From NCBI GenBank assembly GCA_001785445.1, contig MFTV01000016.1, forward strand, positions 95,653 through 159,652: a stretch of 64,000 nucleotides of DNA, given 5' to 3'. How positions within the stretch are numbered: the first letter of the stretch is position 1; the number at the start of each line of letters is the position of its first letter. Both the position numbers and the translations under genes were made by a program. The DNA comes from Candidatus Nomurabacteria bacterium RIFCSPHIGHO2_02_40_30. Lineage in GTDB: Bacteria; Patescibacteriota; Minisyncoccia; Phycocordibacterales; UBA9973. Under the pieces are notes generated by a model, which did no database searches, had not been told where the DNA came from, and saw only the letters and a list, made by a program, of their open reading frames with translations. Below, one piece after another: positions 1 through 9,430 of the stretch.

Positions 1-103
1 TGTCATAGGATTTTGGTTGATTTTTAATAATAATTAGGCCGAGAAGGGGATAATATAGTTTTCCTTGTTATTACCCCCAAATGCTAAGCCTATCGGGGCT
101 ATA

Positions 104-403
104 CTAGCCCTTTTTATCTATCACGAGATCTTCAAATGACTTGAAAAGCTTTCTGATTTTCTGAGCTGTGTTTTCAACAATGATTGCGATATCTTTCATT
201 TCTTTATCTTTTCCATCTGCTATGTTTAATCTAATCATATGACTTAGAATTTCTTCAAAACAATCTCCAATAGCACGATGGTAGGTATGGTATCCATTTT
301 TAATGGATTGCGTTGGATTTGATTTAATTACCAAGATGTACTGACGATCATCTGCTAATAGCGATATAGTTGATGTTAAGTGTGCTATTAATTTCTGGTC
401 CAT
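104..403 (-). CDS. hypothetical protein (99 aa)
   Basis: Intact ORF with no recognisable motifs. It lies on the same strand as the downstream island genes. Confidence 0.3.
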   Translation of the reverse strand: MDQKLIAHLTSTISLLADDRQYILVIKSNPTQSIKNGYHTYHRAIGDCFEEILSHMIRLNIADGKDKEMKDIAIIVENTAQKIRKLFKSFEDLVIDKKG

Positions 404-993
404 ATTTTCTATTTAATTTAATTATTAAGAGAAAAAAGACGAGATTCTCAAAAATAGCCCTATATCGACTTTAAAATAGAGACTATTTAGGAGAAATAAA
501 CTAAAAAACATCTATATTAAGCTCCTGGTGCTGTTTTAGATGCCTTGAGAAACGATATGTTGTTGTTCTACGAAAATGAAAATAAGCTATTTAAAATGTT
601 TATATGTTGCTGTGTCCATGGTTAATATTTTGCTAATGAAAAATGTTCATGTTGCTGACTTATTTTTCTAATATACTCCTTTTGTTTTATTTGTCAAGAA
701 AAAAGGACTGAATTTAATTCCGAAACACAAATCTATAAGCGCACAGAGTAATACTTCCCTAATTATAGGGAAAATTTCATTTCAACTGGTCCTCCACCAT
801 TCCAAGTAGGTAAGCAGATAGATAACGAGTTCGGCGGCCGAATTGGTCCAATAACGTTGAGAAGCATCGTATAATAGCTCCTACCCAGCTAGGTAAGCTG
901 AGTAATGTATATAGAAATCACGAGTCAGGATTAATCTCGGCCGCCGAGGTTGATCATACTACTGCCAACAAATCTCAAGTTTTTCTGAAAAGG

Positions 994-2535
994 TTAAGGT
1001 TCAATTACAGATAAGATATTACCAAGCAATTGCCCTGTTGGAACGCTTAAACTTGAGAGTGACTCCACTAATTGGGCGTTGGCATTACCAGGAAGAAGAA
1101 TTATCTGAATAGTGTTGCCAGAAGCAACATCATTTGTTCCATCATCATCATAAATATCACCTCGCACTTCCACGATAACACTCTGGCTAGGCAGGAGTTT
1201 TAATGGGGCAAACGTTGCGCCTATGTCTAAATAATGGGGTTCAATGCTTTCTTCTTTCAACGAATAGGAATAAGAAATCTTAGTTCCATCAACATATAAG
1301 GCCACATTACGTAAACTATTAAGATTATCATTATTTGTTTTTAATGTTATACGAAGAGAGCCAAAACGTATCTCTTCATTAAAAGCCTCTAACTTATAAC
1401 GCGCTAAGACAACATTCGATGCGCCAGCAAGTACTGTGCCAGATGGTGAATCAGTTGATTTGGTTATGGTTAATCTTCCCGGCTCAATCGTGAATGTTGT
1501 TGCAATACTACTAATAGGTGTACCTGAAGGTGTTATTTTTTCCTTGGTATCAATTTCTACAACATTTATATCAGAACTATTTCTTAAGGAGAATTGTACT
1601 GTACGGCTATTTCCGCTTTTAATATCGCCAGTAAACCTGAAACTCACATTTCCAACACTCAATTTAATTGATGGAAAATCAAAATTGGCATAACCATTAG
1701 CATCTACAGAAGAAACGGAAGAAACAAAGTTTTCATTTATGTACAGTTTAAGATTAGAAAATGCACTAGTTTGCGCAGATCCTACATTCCGAAGTTTCAA
1801 GGAAGTTATTTCTAAATCTTTTACACCAACAGAGGCTACGGCTTCCCACAGAGTTTGTTCAATAACACCATTCTTGACTAAATTTATATTACCACCATTA
1901 TGACCTCCTGAAATAAAGGCAAGAGTTCCTATTTCTTTTTTGATTAATATTGTTGCTGGAGGAGTTGGTTTTGTACTAAAAGTAATTTCTTGATTAGCCC
2001 AGGCATTATTCGCTAGAGCAGTAATAGATCCTGTATAGGAACGACCAGCATTTAAATCTTTAATCTCCACATAATGAAGAGCGTCAACACCGTTTTTTGA
2101 TTGGTAAGCAGTTCCATTTAAAAGGAGTTTTGACTCACTTGCCATATTAGTTTGCCAGCTTATATATACAGAGGTTGTTTTAGGATCGATATTTACATTA
2201 GAGATAGACAGAGCAGCAGCTTTTGGTTCATTTATAGTTGGAGGAACTACTGGAGAAAGTGGATTGGGCTTATTTTCTTTTCCAGTTTCTTTTGTTTGAG
2301 AATTAATTGGGCTAGAAGTTTTCTTAACCGTCGGCTTACTATTTAAAATAACACCCTTCTTTTCCACTGGTTTGATAACCGGTGTTGGCTTTTGCGGCAC
2401 TTCAACTTTTATTTCCTCGACAGGTATAACTGGTTTTTTATTAAACCAAGAAAATGGGTTCCACCACGATGCTAAAGCAAATTGGGGTGATAAAAATACA
2501 ATGGAGATAAAAATTATTATTAGTGATTTCTTCAT
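994..2535 (-). CDS. secreted protein; signal peptide followed by conserved 'ASWWNPFSWF' motif, a Pro/Lys-rich linker and an FN3/Ig-like beta-rich C-terminal region
   Basis: N-terminus MKKSLIIIFISIVFLSPQFALA has a signal-peptide pattern (basic n-region, hydrophobic core). It is followed immediately by SWWNPFSWF and a low-complexity P/K/T linker. The segment 'VYISWQTN...YTGSIT' resembles a fibronectin-III fold. A paralogue is at 43309..44295. Confidence 0.6.
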   Translation of the reverse strand: MKKSLIIIFISIVFLSPQFALASWWNPFSWFNKKPVIPVEEIKVEVPQKPTPVIKPVEKKGVILNSKPTVKKTSSPINSQTKETGKENKPNPLSPVVPPTINEPKAAALSISNVNIDPKTTSVYISWQTNMASESKLLLNGTAYQSKNGVDALHYVEIKDLNAGRSYTGSITALANNAWANQEITFSTKPTPPATILIKKEIGTLAFISGGHNGGNINLVKNGVIEQTLWEAVASVGVKDLEITSLKLRNVGSAQTSAFSNLKLYINENFVSSVSSVDANGYANFDFPSIKLSVGNVSFRFTGDIKSGNSRTVQFSLRNSSDINVVEIDTKEKITPSGTPISSIATTFTIEPGRLTITKSTDSPSGTVLAGASNVVLARYKLEAFNEEIRFGSLRITLKTNNDNLNSLRNVALYVDGTKISYSYSLKEESIEPHYLDIGATFAPLKLLPSQSVIVEVRGDIYDDDGTNDVASGNTIQIILLPGNANAQLVESLSSLSVPTGQLLGNILSVIEP

Positions 2536-2710
2536 ATTTTTTTAATTATTAATTTGGCCCATCAGTATCACAATTAGGGTTACCATATATTTTAACACAC
2601 TCTGCTCTTTCAGCCGGACTGACATAAGTCGGTTCCCGTAGTCCTATCCAAAAAATTATTATGATTAAGATTATAATTACTATTGTTGTTATTTTCATGT
2701 GTTTATTATT

Positions 2711-2899
2711 CTATTTTTCTAATCCGTGCTTACTTAAGCAACCCTCAAAAGTTCTGCTGTAAAATGATCCAGAAATAGTCGCTTCTTCTCCGCATTCTTT
2801 TCTGATTTGTGTTGGCCTATAGGAATACCAGTAAAAGATAAATCCCAAAAAAACTAACATTATTAAAACTATATATTTATATAATCTTATTTTCTCCAT
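2711..2899 (-). CDS. small single-TM membrane protein (62 aa) with Cys-containing tail
   Basis: Hydrophobic stretch YIVLIMLVFLGFIFYWY. A similar unlisted small ORF (~49 aa, MKITTIVIIILIIIIFWIGL...C..C) lies at ~2548..2697 on the same strand. Confidence 0.35.
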   Translation of the reverse strand: MEKIRLYKYIVLIMLVFLGFIFYWYSYRPTQIRKECGEEATISGSFYSRTFEGCLSKHGLEK

Positions 2900-3171
2900 A
2901 GTTTTTTCTTTGTTTCTAATTTATAAACCCCGGAAGTAGGCAAACAAAAAGCCTGCAGCTAGGTTTAGTAGTCTTTCGACTACAAGTGTCCATTTCTGGC
3001 CACTGCTCGCTAAAGCAAATCCTAACTACAGGTTTTTTATGCTTTAGCGAGACTTATTCACCATGCTTTTATTTCTAAAAGTTTAGGTTACTTTCATATT
3101 AAGTTATTTATCAATAATACAACCTTTATCTAAAGGTAGCAAACCTTATAATTTCTAGCATCGCTGGGGAT

Positions 3172-3675
3172 TTACTCTAAAGCAGTTTCAAGTCCTTTTT
3201 GCGTAATATAGTAAACTGGTTTTTTATGAGACATTTTGGAAATGGAAAGAAATTTTTTCTCCACGAGAGATTTTAAGCTCCTTGTTAAACTAACCTGCCT
3301 CTTATCATAGTCCTCATGCAATTTCATTCTTTCTCTCCTGGAGTTTAATAACTCTTTTGCATCCGGAGATAATGAGTTATTTATTAATCTTATAGTCTCT
3401 TCTTTTGTTTTCTCGTCAATTGTCCCGGAGTTAAACGCTACTTCTGTTTGGGCCATAAGAAGTATTTTTTGCATTATTTCACCAGATTCTTCTTTTTCTG
3501 AGGCATATCGGTAGGGTCTTGGAATCCAATAAATTTTTTCTGTTTTATCTCCAAGACGTCTAGCTATTCTCGCCCTACCAATTCCAAAAAATCTCTTAAT
3601 GTTAAGTTTCCGAGATTCTTCTTTATATATTTCCAAAATTTGCTTTTGTAGTAAAGATAATCTTTCTTTTGCCAT
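3172..3675 (-). CDS. hypothetical basic protein (167 aa)
   Basis: Intact ORF, K/R-rich, possible winged-helix-like C-terminus. No diagnostic motif. Confidence 0.4.
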   Translation of the reverse strand: MAKERLSLLQKQILEIYKEESRKLNIKRFFGIGRARIARRLGDKTEKIYWIPRPYRYASEKEESGEIMQKILLMAQTEVAFNSGTIDEKTKEETIRLINNSLSPDAKELLNSRRERMKLHEDYDKRQVSLTRSLKSLVEKKFLSISKMSHKKPVYYITQKGLETALE

Positions 3676-3968
3676 TTAACATTAAGGATACAGCAAAACC
3701 AACGAAAAACAAGACATTTTCCCTAGATTTTTTGAAAATTTTTAGAGGTCCTTAATTTGAAAAGGCGAAAATATTCCAAACAACCCCTATCACCTTTTTC
3801 ATTTTTGGAGCTATGGACAGGCCTGCATACCTAAACCCCATACAGGCAATAGTAAGGAATTATTGATTCCAACTACCCCCCGAATCACTTATTTTAAATA
3901 CTCAATACCGCACATTAAAACTATTTTAAGTGATAGATGAATCAATATATTTATCTATTTAACCCTAT

Positions 3969-4583
3969 ATGGTCGTACTGGGGCACTTTACTAATTTAAC
4001 TAAAATTATTATGAAAACAACAACTTATAGAAATCACATAGCTTCTCCATTTCAGTTGGCGCCAAAGAAAACATTTACCAAGAAAGATCCGCTTAAAGAA
4101 GAATTGCTAAAGAATACAGGAACATTTAACCTTACCGCTATTATTGAAGAAGATATTCAAACATCATCTCAGTTTAAGCATATTCCTGGATTTTTAGGAT
4201 ATATCTGCACTCTCAAGATAGGTAATGAGGTTATAGGAATTGGTAGAGGTTCGGCAATACTAAATCGCATGAACAAATTTGTCGAACGTGGGATAAGATT
4301 TGCCTATGGCGCATCTATCGTCGATGCTGTCGTTAGGTCCACAAAAACTCTTGATGCTTTGTATCTCAAAACAAGCGGTCAAGAAAATCCTGGGGTACTA
4401 AAAGAAGAAACAGGCGAGATTGATTATACTCCTGAACTAGCTACAGATAAGCAAAAGTCTTATCTCCGAGAACTCATCAATATTAATGTTCTTGACGATA
4501 GAGAAAGAGACCAATGGGCTTCGCAAATTGACGAACTCACGAAAGATGAGGCCTCAGAAAAAATACAGTTTTTCATGAGATAA
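3969..4583 (+). CDS. hypothetical protein (204 aa; start possibly at 4011)
   Basis: Intact ORF with no diagnostic motif. It is followed by a bidirectional hairpin terminator at 4598..4632. Confidence 0.4.
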   Translation: MVVLGHFTNLTKIIMKTTTYRNHIASPFQLAPKKTFTKKDPLKEELLKNTGTFNLTAIIEEDIQTSSQFKHIPGFLGYICTLKIGNEVIGIGRGSAILNRMNKFVERGIRFAYGASIVDAVVRSTKTLDALYLKTSGQENPGVLKEETGEIDYTPELATDKQKSYLRELININVLDDRERDQWASQIDELTKDEASEKIQFFMR

Positions 4584-4597
4584 TAGTTAACATTAAA

Positions 4598-4632
4598 TGG
4601 CGAGGTCATTATTGGCTTCGCCATTTTTTGTT
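4598..4632. terminator. bidirectional rho-independent terminator hairpin between convergent genes
   Basis: aaATGGCGAggtcattattggctTCGCCATtttttg: 7 bp stem with a T-run on one side and an A-run on the other. Confidence 0.5.
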
Positions 4633-4654
4633 TCAACAATGAATCATTAAACAA

Positions 4655-7018
4655 CTAAACTTTTACCTGTACGGCATTTTCAACTAGTTCAATAAGTTGG
4701 CTTGTTTTAAGTAACTCACTTCTTAGTTTTCCTTTGTTTGATATATCTTTAATTGATAAAACTACAGCATAATTTTGGAAAATTGAGTCTTCTGCCATTT
4801 CGTTTAAGAGATGGTTTGAAACTGTCATTTGTATACCAATTTGTAAATCTAAGTAACTAAGTCGTCTAATTTTTTTCTTATAATGAATCGTATTAAAATA
4901 ATTTGATTTATAATTCTCCCAACTGTGAGAAGGAGCCAATGGTTGTACATCCATCTTACCTGTAGGTTTCCCATCTTCCATTTTAGGGAAAACAAGCCCG
5001 ACTGAACCTTGAAGGTTTGTCATTTTATATTCTTTAAAGTTTGTATTAATTGGCGGATTATATACAAGAGTGAAAGTTAGTTCCACATTCCCCCCAAAAA
5101 GATATTCAGGCAATTTTATTATTATTTTTTGTTTTTTTTCTGAAAAATTTATTGCATCTGCGTAAATGATCGTTACCGTATCTTCTGTGTCATCAAACAA
5201 AGCCGGTATATATTCAGCCTTACCGAAACCATATGCTCTCTTTACCATATCATCTTCTATTTTTGCTTGTGTAATTCTTGATGTTGAGTGAATAAGCAAA
5301 GCTTTAACAAGATTTGCTTTGTTTTGATTAAAAAGTGGTATTTGATTAGAAAGGTTTGATTTTTTAAGATAATCAAGAACGAGAGTAGCAGTTCTGGTAA
5401 CTAATGGTGCACTTAGACTTGTACCGGTATCTCTACAAAAAATATTATTTTCCATTACATCAACTCCATACTTATTAGTAGAAGCAATCATGTGAGCTGC
5501 TTCGTATTTATTTGTGGGATCTTTTTCTACATTTCCTCCATATGCAACTAATTCAGGTTTTTTAATATCGTTACGAAAACCTCCTTTTCTAGTAAAAGGA
5601 GAAGGGTAGTCTACCATATCACATATGGTGTCAGCATGATGAACAATTTCAGCAATTGAACCTACTGACAGGGCATTTATGGCATCAGAGGGGGCAGATA
5701 TGTTGCAAGTCTCATCATTAGTGTTGAATATACGGTTATACCCTAATCCGTAGTTTCCATTTTGATTTCCAACAGCAGCTATAAAAAGAATGTCCTTTTT
5801 ACTTGAAATACTATCAATTAACGCTGTGGAATCATCTATATCATTCTTTTCATTTATTGGCTCTTTAGAGGCAATTGAAAGATTGTAAAGAGTAACATCA
5901 AATTTATTAGTTGATTCTTTAATTGCTTTCATTAAGATATCTGTATCTACAGATATTGAACCATCTCTTTTCTTATTTAGAACTTGTACATCAATAATTT
6001 TAGCTACGGGTTCAAGTTTTTCATTCTTAGAGATTTTACTAAAAAAGTTATGCCCAAAAATAAATCTACTAGCAACACTTGTACCATGTTTTTTATCTGC
6101 AGTATCTGAACTTGAAAGATAATTAACTGGGTGAACTACAAAAGGATTAATTAGGGGATTATCTATTCCGCTATCAATAAGTACCACTTTTTCATCTGTA
6201 AGTAACGGCCCTATTTGCACAGAACCAAAACTTGTATTAGGAGTAGACCTTTGTACAATAAATTCTGGGTTAATCTTTATACGAGCAATATAACCATATG
6301 TAGGGTCAGTAAGAAGACTTAAAATATTTTTGATATCAATGTTAGCACGATAAGACATATTACTAATAAAAAATTCTATATCTCTTTTATGCAAATTATC
6401 CGGCCCTATTTTCTTAACTATTTCTTTAAATATGTTTTCATATTCTGATAATTTTCTTTCATAATGTATTGTGATAATGCAATCCAACTTTCCTTTATAG
6501 TCTCCCTTTATAAGTTCCTGAAGTTGCGTTGATATTCTATTTTCTATAGTTTTATTTTTGTCATAAATTTCAGTTACAGCAAAAACTTGACGAGCGATGT
6601 CTTTATTCTTACCACTACCTTGAAATGCATTATCAAATGATGCTAAGCCTGTTATGTTGTTTAATTTTTCAAAATCTTCTGGTAAACCACTTAAGGTAAA
6701 AAATATCTCTCCGTTACGCTCTCTTGTTTCGACAATTTCTAAACCAGCCTCAGCCCACAATTTTGTTGGTTCGCTTGATTTTGAAGATGATCTTTCGTCA
6801 AGTTTTATCTCAGCATAGTATCGTCTGTCAGCTTTATTATATTTTTTTCTAAAGTTATTAATAATACTATCTAGCGCAGAAATACGCTTCTTGTACTGAG
6901 AAGCATAGTAAGTGGGATTAGTTTTAACTTCTTTCTCCCAGTAAGCTTTCCAAAAAGGACCTCCTCCTGTCTTTTTCTCCCTCCTGCTTTTTTCTTTTGG
7001 TACAAGTAATGTATACAT
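4655..7018 (-). CDS. S8 family subtilisin-like serine peptidase with ~270 aa N-terminal domain of unknown function (ietS-like)
   Basis: Subtilase catalytic triad motifs are present in D-H-S order: 'VVLIDSGID', 'KKHGTSVAS' and 'DTGTSLSAPLV'. It lies 1 bp downstream of the AAA ATPase gene. Confidence 0.8.
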   Translation of the reverse strand: MYTLLVPKEKSRREKKTGGGPFWKAYWEKEVKTNPTYYASQYKKRISALDSIINNFRKKYNKADRRYYAEIKLDERSSSKSSEPTKLWAEAGLEIVETRERNGEIFFTLSGLPEDFEKLNNITGLASFDNAFQGSGKNKDIARQVFAVTEIYDKNKTIENRISTQLQELIKGDYKGKLDCIITIHYERKLSEYENIFKEIVKKIGPDNLHKRDIEFFISNMSYRANIDIKNILSLLTDPTYGYIARIKINPEFIVQRSTPNTSFGSVQIGPLLTDEKVVLIDSGIDNPLINPFVVHPVNYLSSSDTADKKHGTSVASRFIFGHNFFSKISKNEKLEPVAKIIDVQVLNKKRDGSISVDTDILMKAIKESTNKFDVTLYNLSIASKEPINEKNDIDDSTALIDSISSKKDILFIAAVGNQNGNYGLGYNRIFNTNDETCNISAPSDAINALSVGSIAEIVHHADTICDMVDYPSPFTRKGGFRNDIKKPELVAYGGNVEKDPTNKYEAAHMIASTNKYGVDVMENNIFCRDTGTSLSAPLVTRTATLVLDYLKKSNLSNQIPLFNQNKANLVKALLIHSTSRITQAKIEDDMVKRAYGFGKAEYIPALFDDTEDTVTIIYADAINFSEKKQKIIIKLPEYLFGGNVELTFTLVYNPPINTNFKEYKMTNLQGSVGLVFPKMEDGKPTGKMDVQPLAPSHSWENYKSNYFNTIHYKKKIRRLSYLDLQIGIQMTVSNHLLNEMAEDSIFQNYAVVLSIKDISNKGKLRSELLKTSQLIELVENAVQVKV

Positions 7019-7019
7019 A

Positions 7020-8135
7020 TTATTTTAAATTATCCCTTAAAGTTGTATACGCTATTCCAGAAATAGATTCAATCTCTCTTAATTTAAAACCAGCATCTTT
7101 TAATTCTTGGCTTAATTGATAAGATATTTTTTTTGAAGGTTTTTTTTGAGTATTTTCTGCATTTGCAATTGTTAAATACGATTTTGCCAACATCGCATTT
7201 GTAATTTTATCACCCCCAGACATAATAGAATACTTTTTTGCACTTTGAACAATATCAAAAATATCTGAACCATTTAGTCCTTCTGTTATTAACGATACCA
7301 AATTAAAATCAACATCATGGGGTGTTTTATCAAAATATAGTTTAAGTAGAAGTTTACGACTTTCCGTATCTGGTAGATCGAATCTTATCTTTAGGGGGAA
7401 CCTCCTCCATATGGCTTTATCTAGTATTTCATCATGATTAGTCGCACCAATAATTATTGATTTACCAGAAAAAAAATCTATATTTTGTAATAAAACAGTT
7501 ACAACTCTTTTTAGTTCTCCAAGCTCTTTTTCGTCTGACCTAAACTTAGCGATGGTATCAATTTCATCTAAAAGAAGAACAACGGACTCTTTTGATGCAA
7601 TATGAAAAATATCCCTTATATTTTTTCCTGTTTCTCCTAAAAATGAAGATATAAGTTCATCCAAACGTACCAATACAAGTGGAAAATCTAAATGTTGCGC
7701 AATAGCATTTGCAAGCAATGTCTTTCCTGTTCCTGGTGGTCCATAGAATAAAATTCTATTAGCAGGAAATAAATCGTGTTTTGATAATCTTTCAAAATCT
7801 TCCCATTCTCTAAGCAAATTTTGTACCTTAACTTTTGCTGAAGTGTTTAGCACCACTTCTTCCATTGTGACCTTTGGTCTATATTTCTTAATAAGACCAC
7901 TTTCCTTAGTAGTAGATATATCAATTAATTTTATATCATCGTTGGATGAAGCACCAGAAAAAGATTTTTTAAGTGTAGGTATTTTCTTTATAATGTTTGC
8001 AAGTTTTTTACTCGCACCCATTTTCCCATCTCTTTTTAACCTAAGAGACTCTTCGGTAAGAATATCTATTGCTTGCTGACCTTTGCCTTCAGAAAATAAT
8101 ATTGTTATTTTTTCTATTAAATTTAATGACGCCAT
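7020..8135 (-). CDS. AAA+ family ATPase (ietA-like)
   Basis: Walker A 'FYGPPGTGKTLL', Walker B 'VLLLDEID' and second region of homology 'IIGATNHDEILDKAIWRRF'. Classic AAA, not STAND. Confidence 0.8.
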   Translation of the reverse strand: MASLNLIEKITILFSEGKGQQAIDILTEESLRLKRDGKMGASKKLANIIKKIPTLKKSFSGASSNDDIKLIDISTTKESGLIKKYRPKVTMEEVVLNTSAKVKVQNLLREWEDFERLSKHDLFPANRILFYGPPGTGKTLLANAIAQHLDFPLVLVRLDELISSFLGETGKNIRDIFHIASKESVVLLLDEIDTIAKFRSDEKELGELKRVVTVLLQNIDFFSGKSIIIGATNHDEILDKAIWRRFPLKIRFDLPDTESRKLLLKLYFDKTPHDVDFNLVSLITEGLNGSDIFDIVQSAKKYSIMSGGDKITNAMLAKSYLTIANAENTQKKPSKKISYQLSQELKDAGFKLREIESISGIAYTTLRDNLK

Positions 8136-8246
8136 TTTCGTAATTCTTAATTATACTTAAATATAGGGATAATTATACTATATATTACGAAAAAAAGTTA
8201 ATATGCTTAATTCGTAATTATCCACAGGTTAAGTTATCAAACAATA

Positions 8247-9164
8247 CTATACAGCCAAATCATTTAATGGGTGTTTTGTCATCTGCCCTCGTAGGTGTTC
8301 AGCACTAGCAGATAAGTAAATTGTAGTAGTTTTAATATCGGAGTGCCCCATCATTCGGGACAGGGAATAAATATCCACCCCACCTTCAAGCATAAGAGTT
8401 CCAAAAGTATGCCTCAATTTATGAACAGTAAAAATTATTCCGGAAGATTTACGTACTTGTTCTACTAATTTTTTTAGACCATTTTCAGTAAAACCTATAT
8501 TACCGCGCAGAGAAGAGAAAAACTCTGGGTTAGTTTTATTTAATCTCTTCCTCTCTTCCTTATACTTTTTCAAACTTTGCGCCAAAGTGTAACTAATCGG
8601 CACTACTCGATCTTTGTTCCCTTTACCTTGTCGAACAAAAATTGTTAGATTTTCTATATCTACATCGGCGAATTTTAGATTTATCAACTCCATTTTACGC
8701 AGACCAGTAAATATAAATGTAGAAAATATAGCATGGTTGCGATAGCGTAAAAATTTATATTCATAAGGGTAATTATAGACAATTTCCATTAGTCGTAATG
8801 CGGTCTGTTTAGTTAGTTTTATCGGCAATTTTCTCTCCATTTTGGGTTTTTCAATATCAAGAATTGGATTTTTTTCAAGATATCCTTGCTTCATACACCA
8901 ACGAAAAAATACCAATAAAGTTTTATGATAGACAATGAATGTATTTACCGACCATTTTCTCTCTGTCCGGCCCCAATAAAACAAATTCCTGACATTATCA
9001 TCCGTTACTTTATTGATTTCACTAACTCCTGCAATCCGACAATAACCCTTTATAACATTCTTATACCTCTTTAAAGTATTCTTTGAATACCCTTTAATAG
9101 ATGCTGAATACTCACAAAACTTCTGCGACAATATTTCGATGTCCATATCATATTTACATCTCAA
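8247..9164 (-). CDS. int: tyrosine site-specific integrase/recombinase
   Basis: C-terminal catalytic region 'HKLRHTFGTLMLEGGVDIYSLSRMMGHSDIKTTTIYL' (R..HxxR..Y). It sits directly beside the 3' end of tRNA-Lys. Confidence 0.85.
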   Translation of the reverse strand: MRCKYDMDIEILSQKFCEYSASIKGYSKNTLKRYKNVIKGYCRIAGVSEINKVTDDNVRNLFYWGRTERKWSVNTFIVYHKTLLVFFRWCMKQGYLEKNPILDIEKPKMERKLPIKLTKQTALRLMEIVYNYPYEYKFLRYRNHAIFSTFIFTGLRKMELINLKFADVDIENLTIFVRQGKGNKDRVVPISYTLAQSLKKYKEERKRLNKTNPEFFSSLRGNIGFTENGLKKLVEQVRKSSGIIFTVHKLRHTFGTLMLEGGVDIYSLSRMMGHSDIKTTTIYLSASAEHLRGQMTKHPLNDLAV

Positions 9165-9273
9165 GCAGAAAATTTATTTTTGAAGTAGTTTTTAGCCCAC
9201 GACCTGTTCACCGCGGGAGGTGGTCGTTCAAAATGACCTATTTTCCAAAATAAGCTTTAGTTTATAAACAATG

Positions 9274-9346
9274 TGCGCCCGGTTGGGATCGAACCAACGA
9301 CCTTATCCTTAAAAGGGATCTGCTCTACCGACTGAGCTACGGGCGC
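9274..9346 (-). tRNA. tRNA-Lys(TTT)
   Basis: GCGCCCGTAGCTCAGTCGGTAGAGCAGATCCCTTTTAAGGATAAGGTCGTTGGTTCGATCCCAACCGGGCGCA. Cloverleaf with a 7 bp acceptor stem, T-loop TTCGATC, anticodon loop CTTTTAA. CCA is not encoded. Confidence 0.85.
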
Positions 9347-9430
9347 ATTTATACAATCTAACGACCTACCAAAACAACTACGGGCGCATATTTAAAAATA
9401 TATATGAAATAAGGCTAAAAATCAAGAAAT

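Larger units (their letters stand above)
4655..9273. mobile_element. minimal extent of integrase-encoding genomic island at tRNA-Lys 3' end (left boundary undetermined, may extend to window start)
   Basis: Integrase adjacent to the tRNA 3' end. The cargo is the AAA ATPase + S8 peptidase pair and it is AT-richer than the flanking housekeeping genes. No attR repeat was identified by eye. Confidence 0.45.

Noticed and set aside
8218-8226. Perfect DnaA boxes TTATCCACA at 8218, 16982 and TGTGGATAA at 34110
   Set aside because: These are isolated single nonamers far from dnaA, expected by chance in AT-rich DNA. They are not treated as origin elements.
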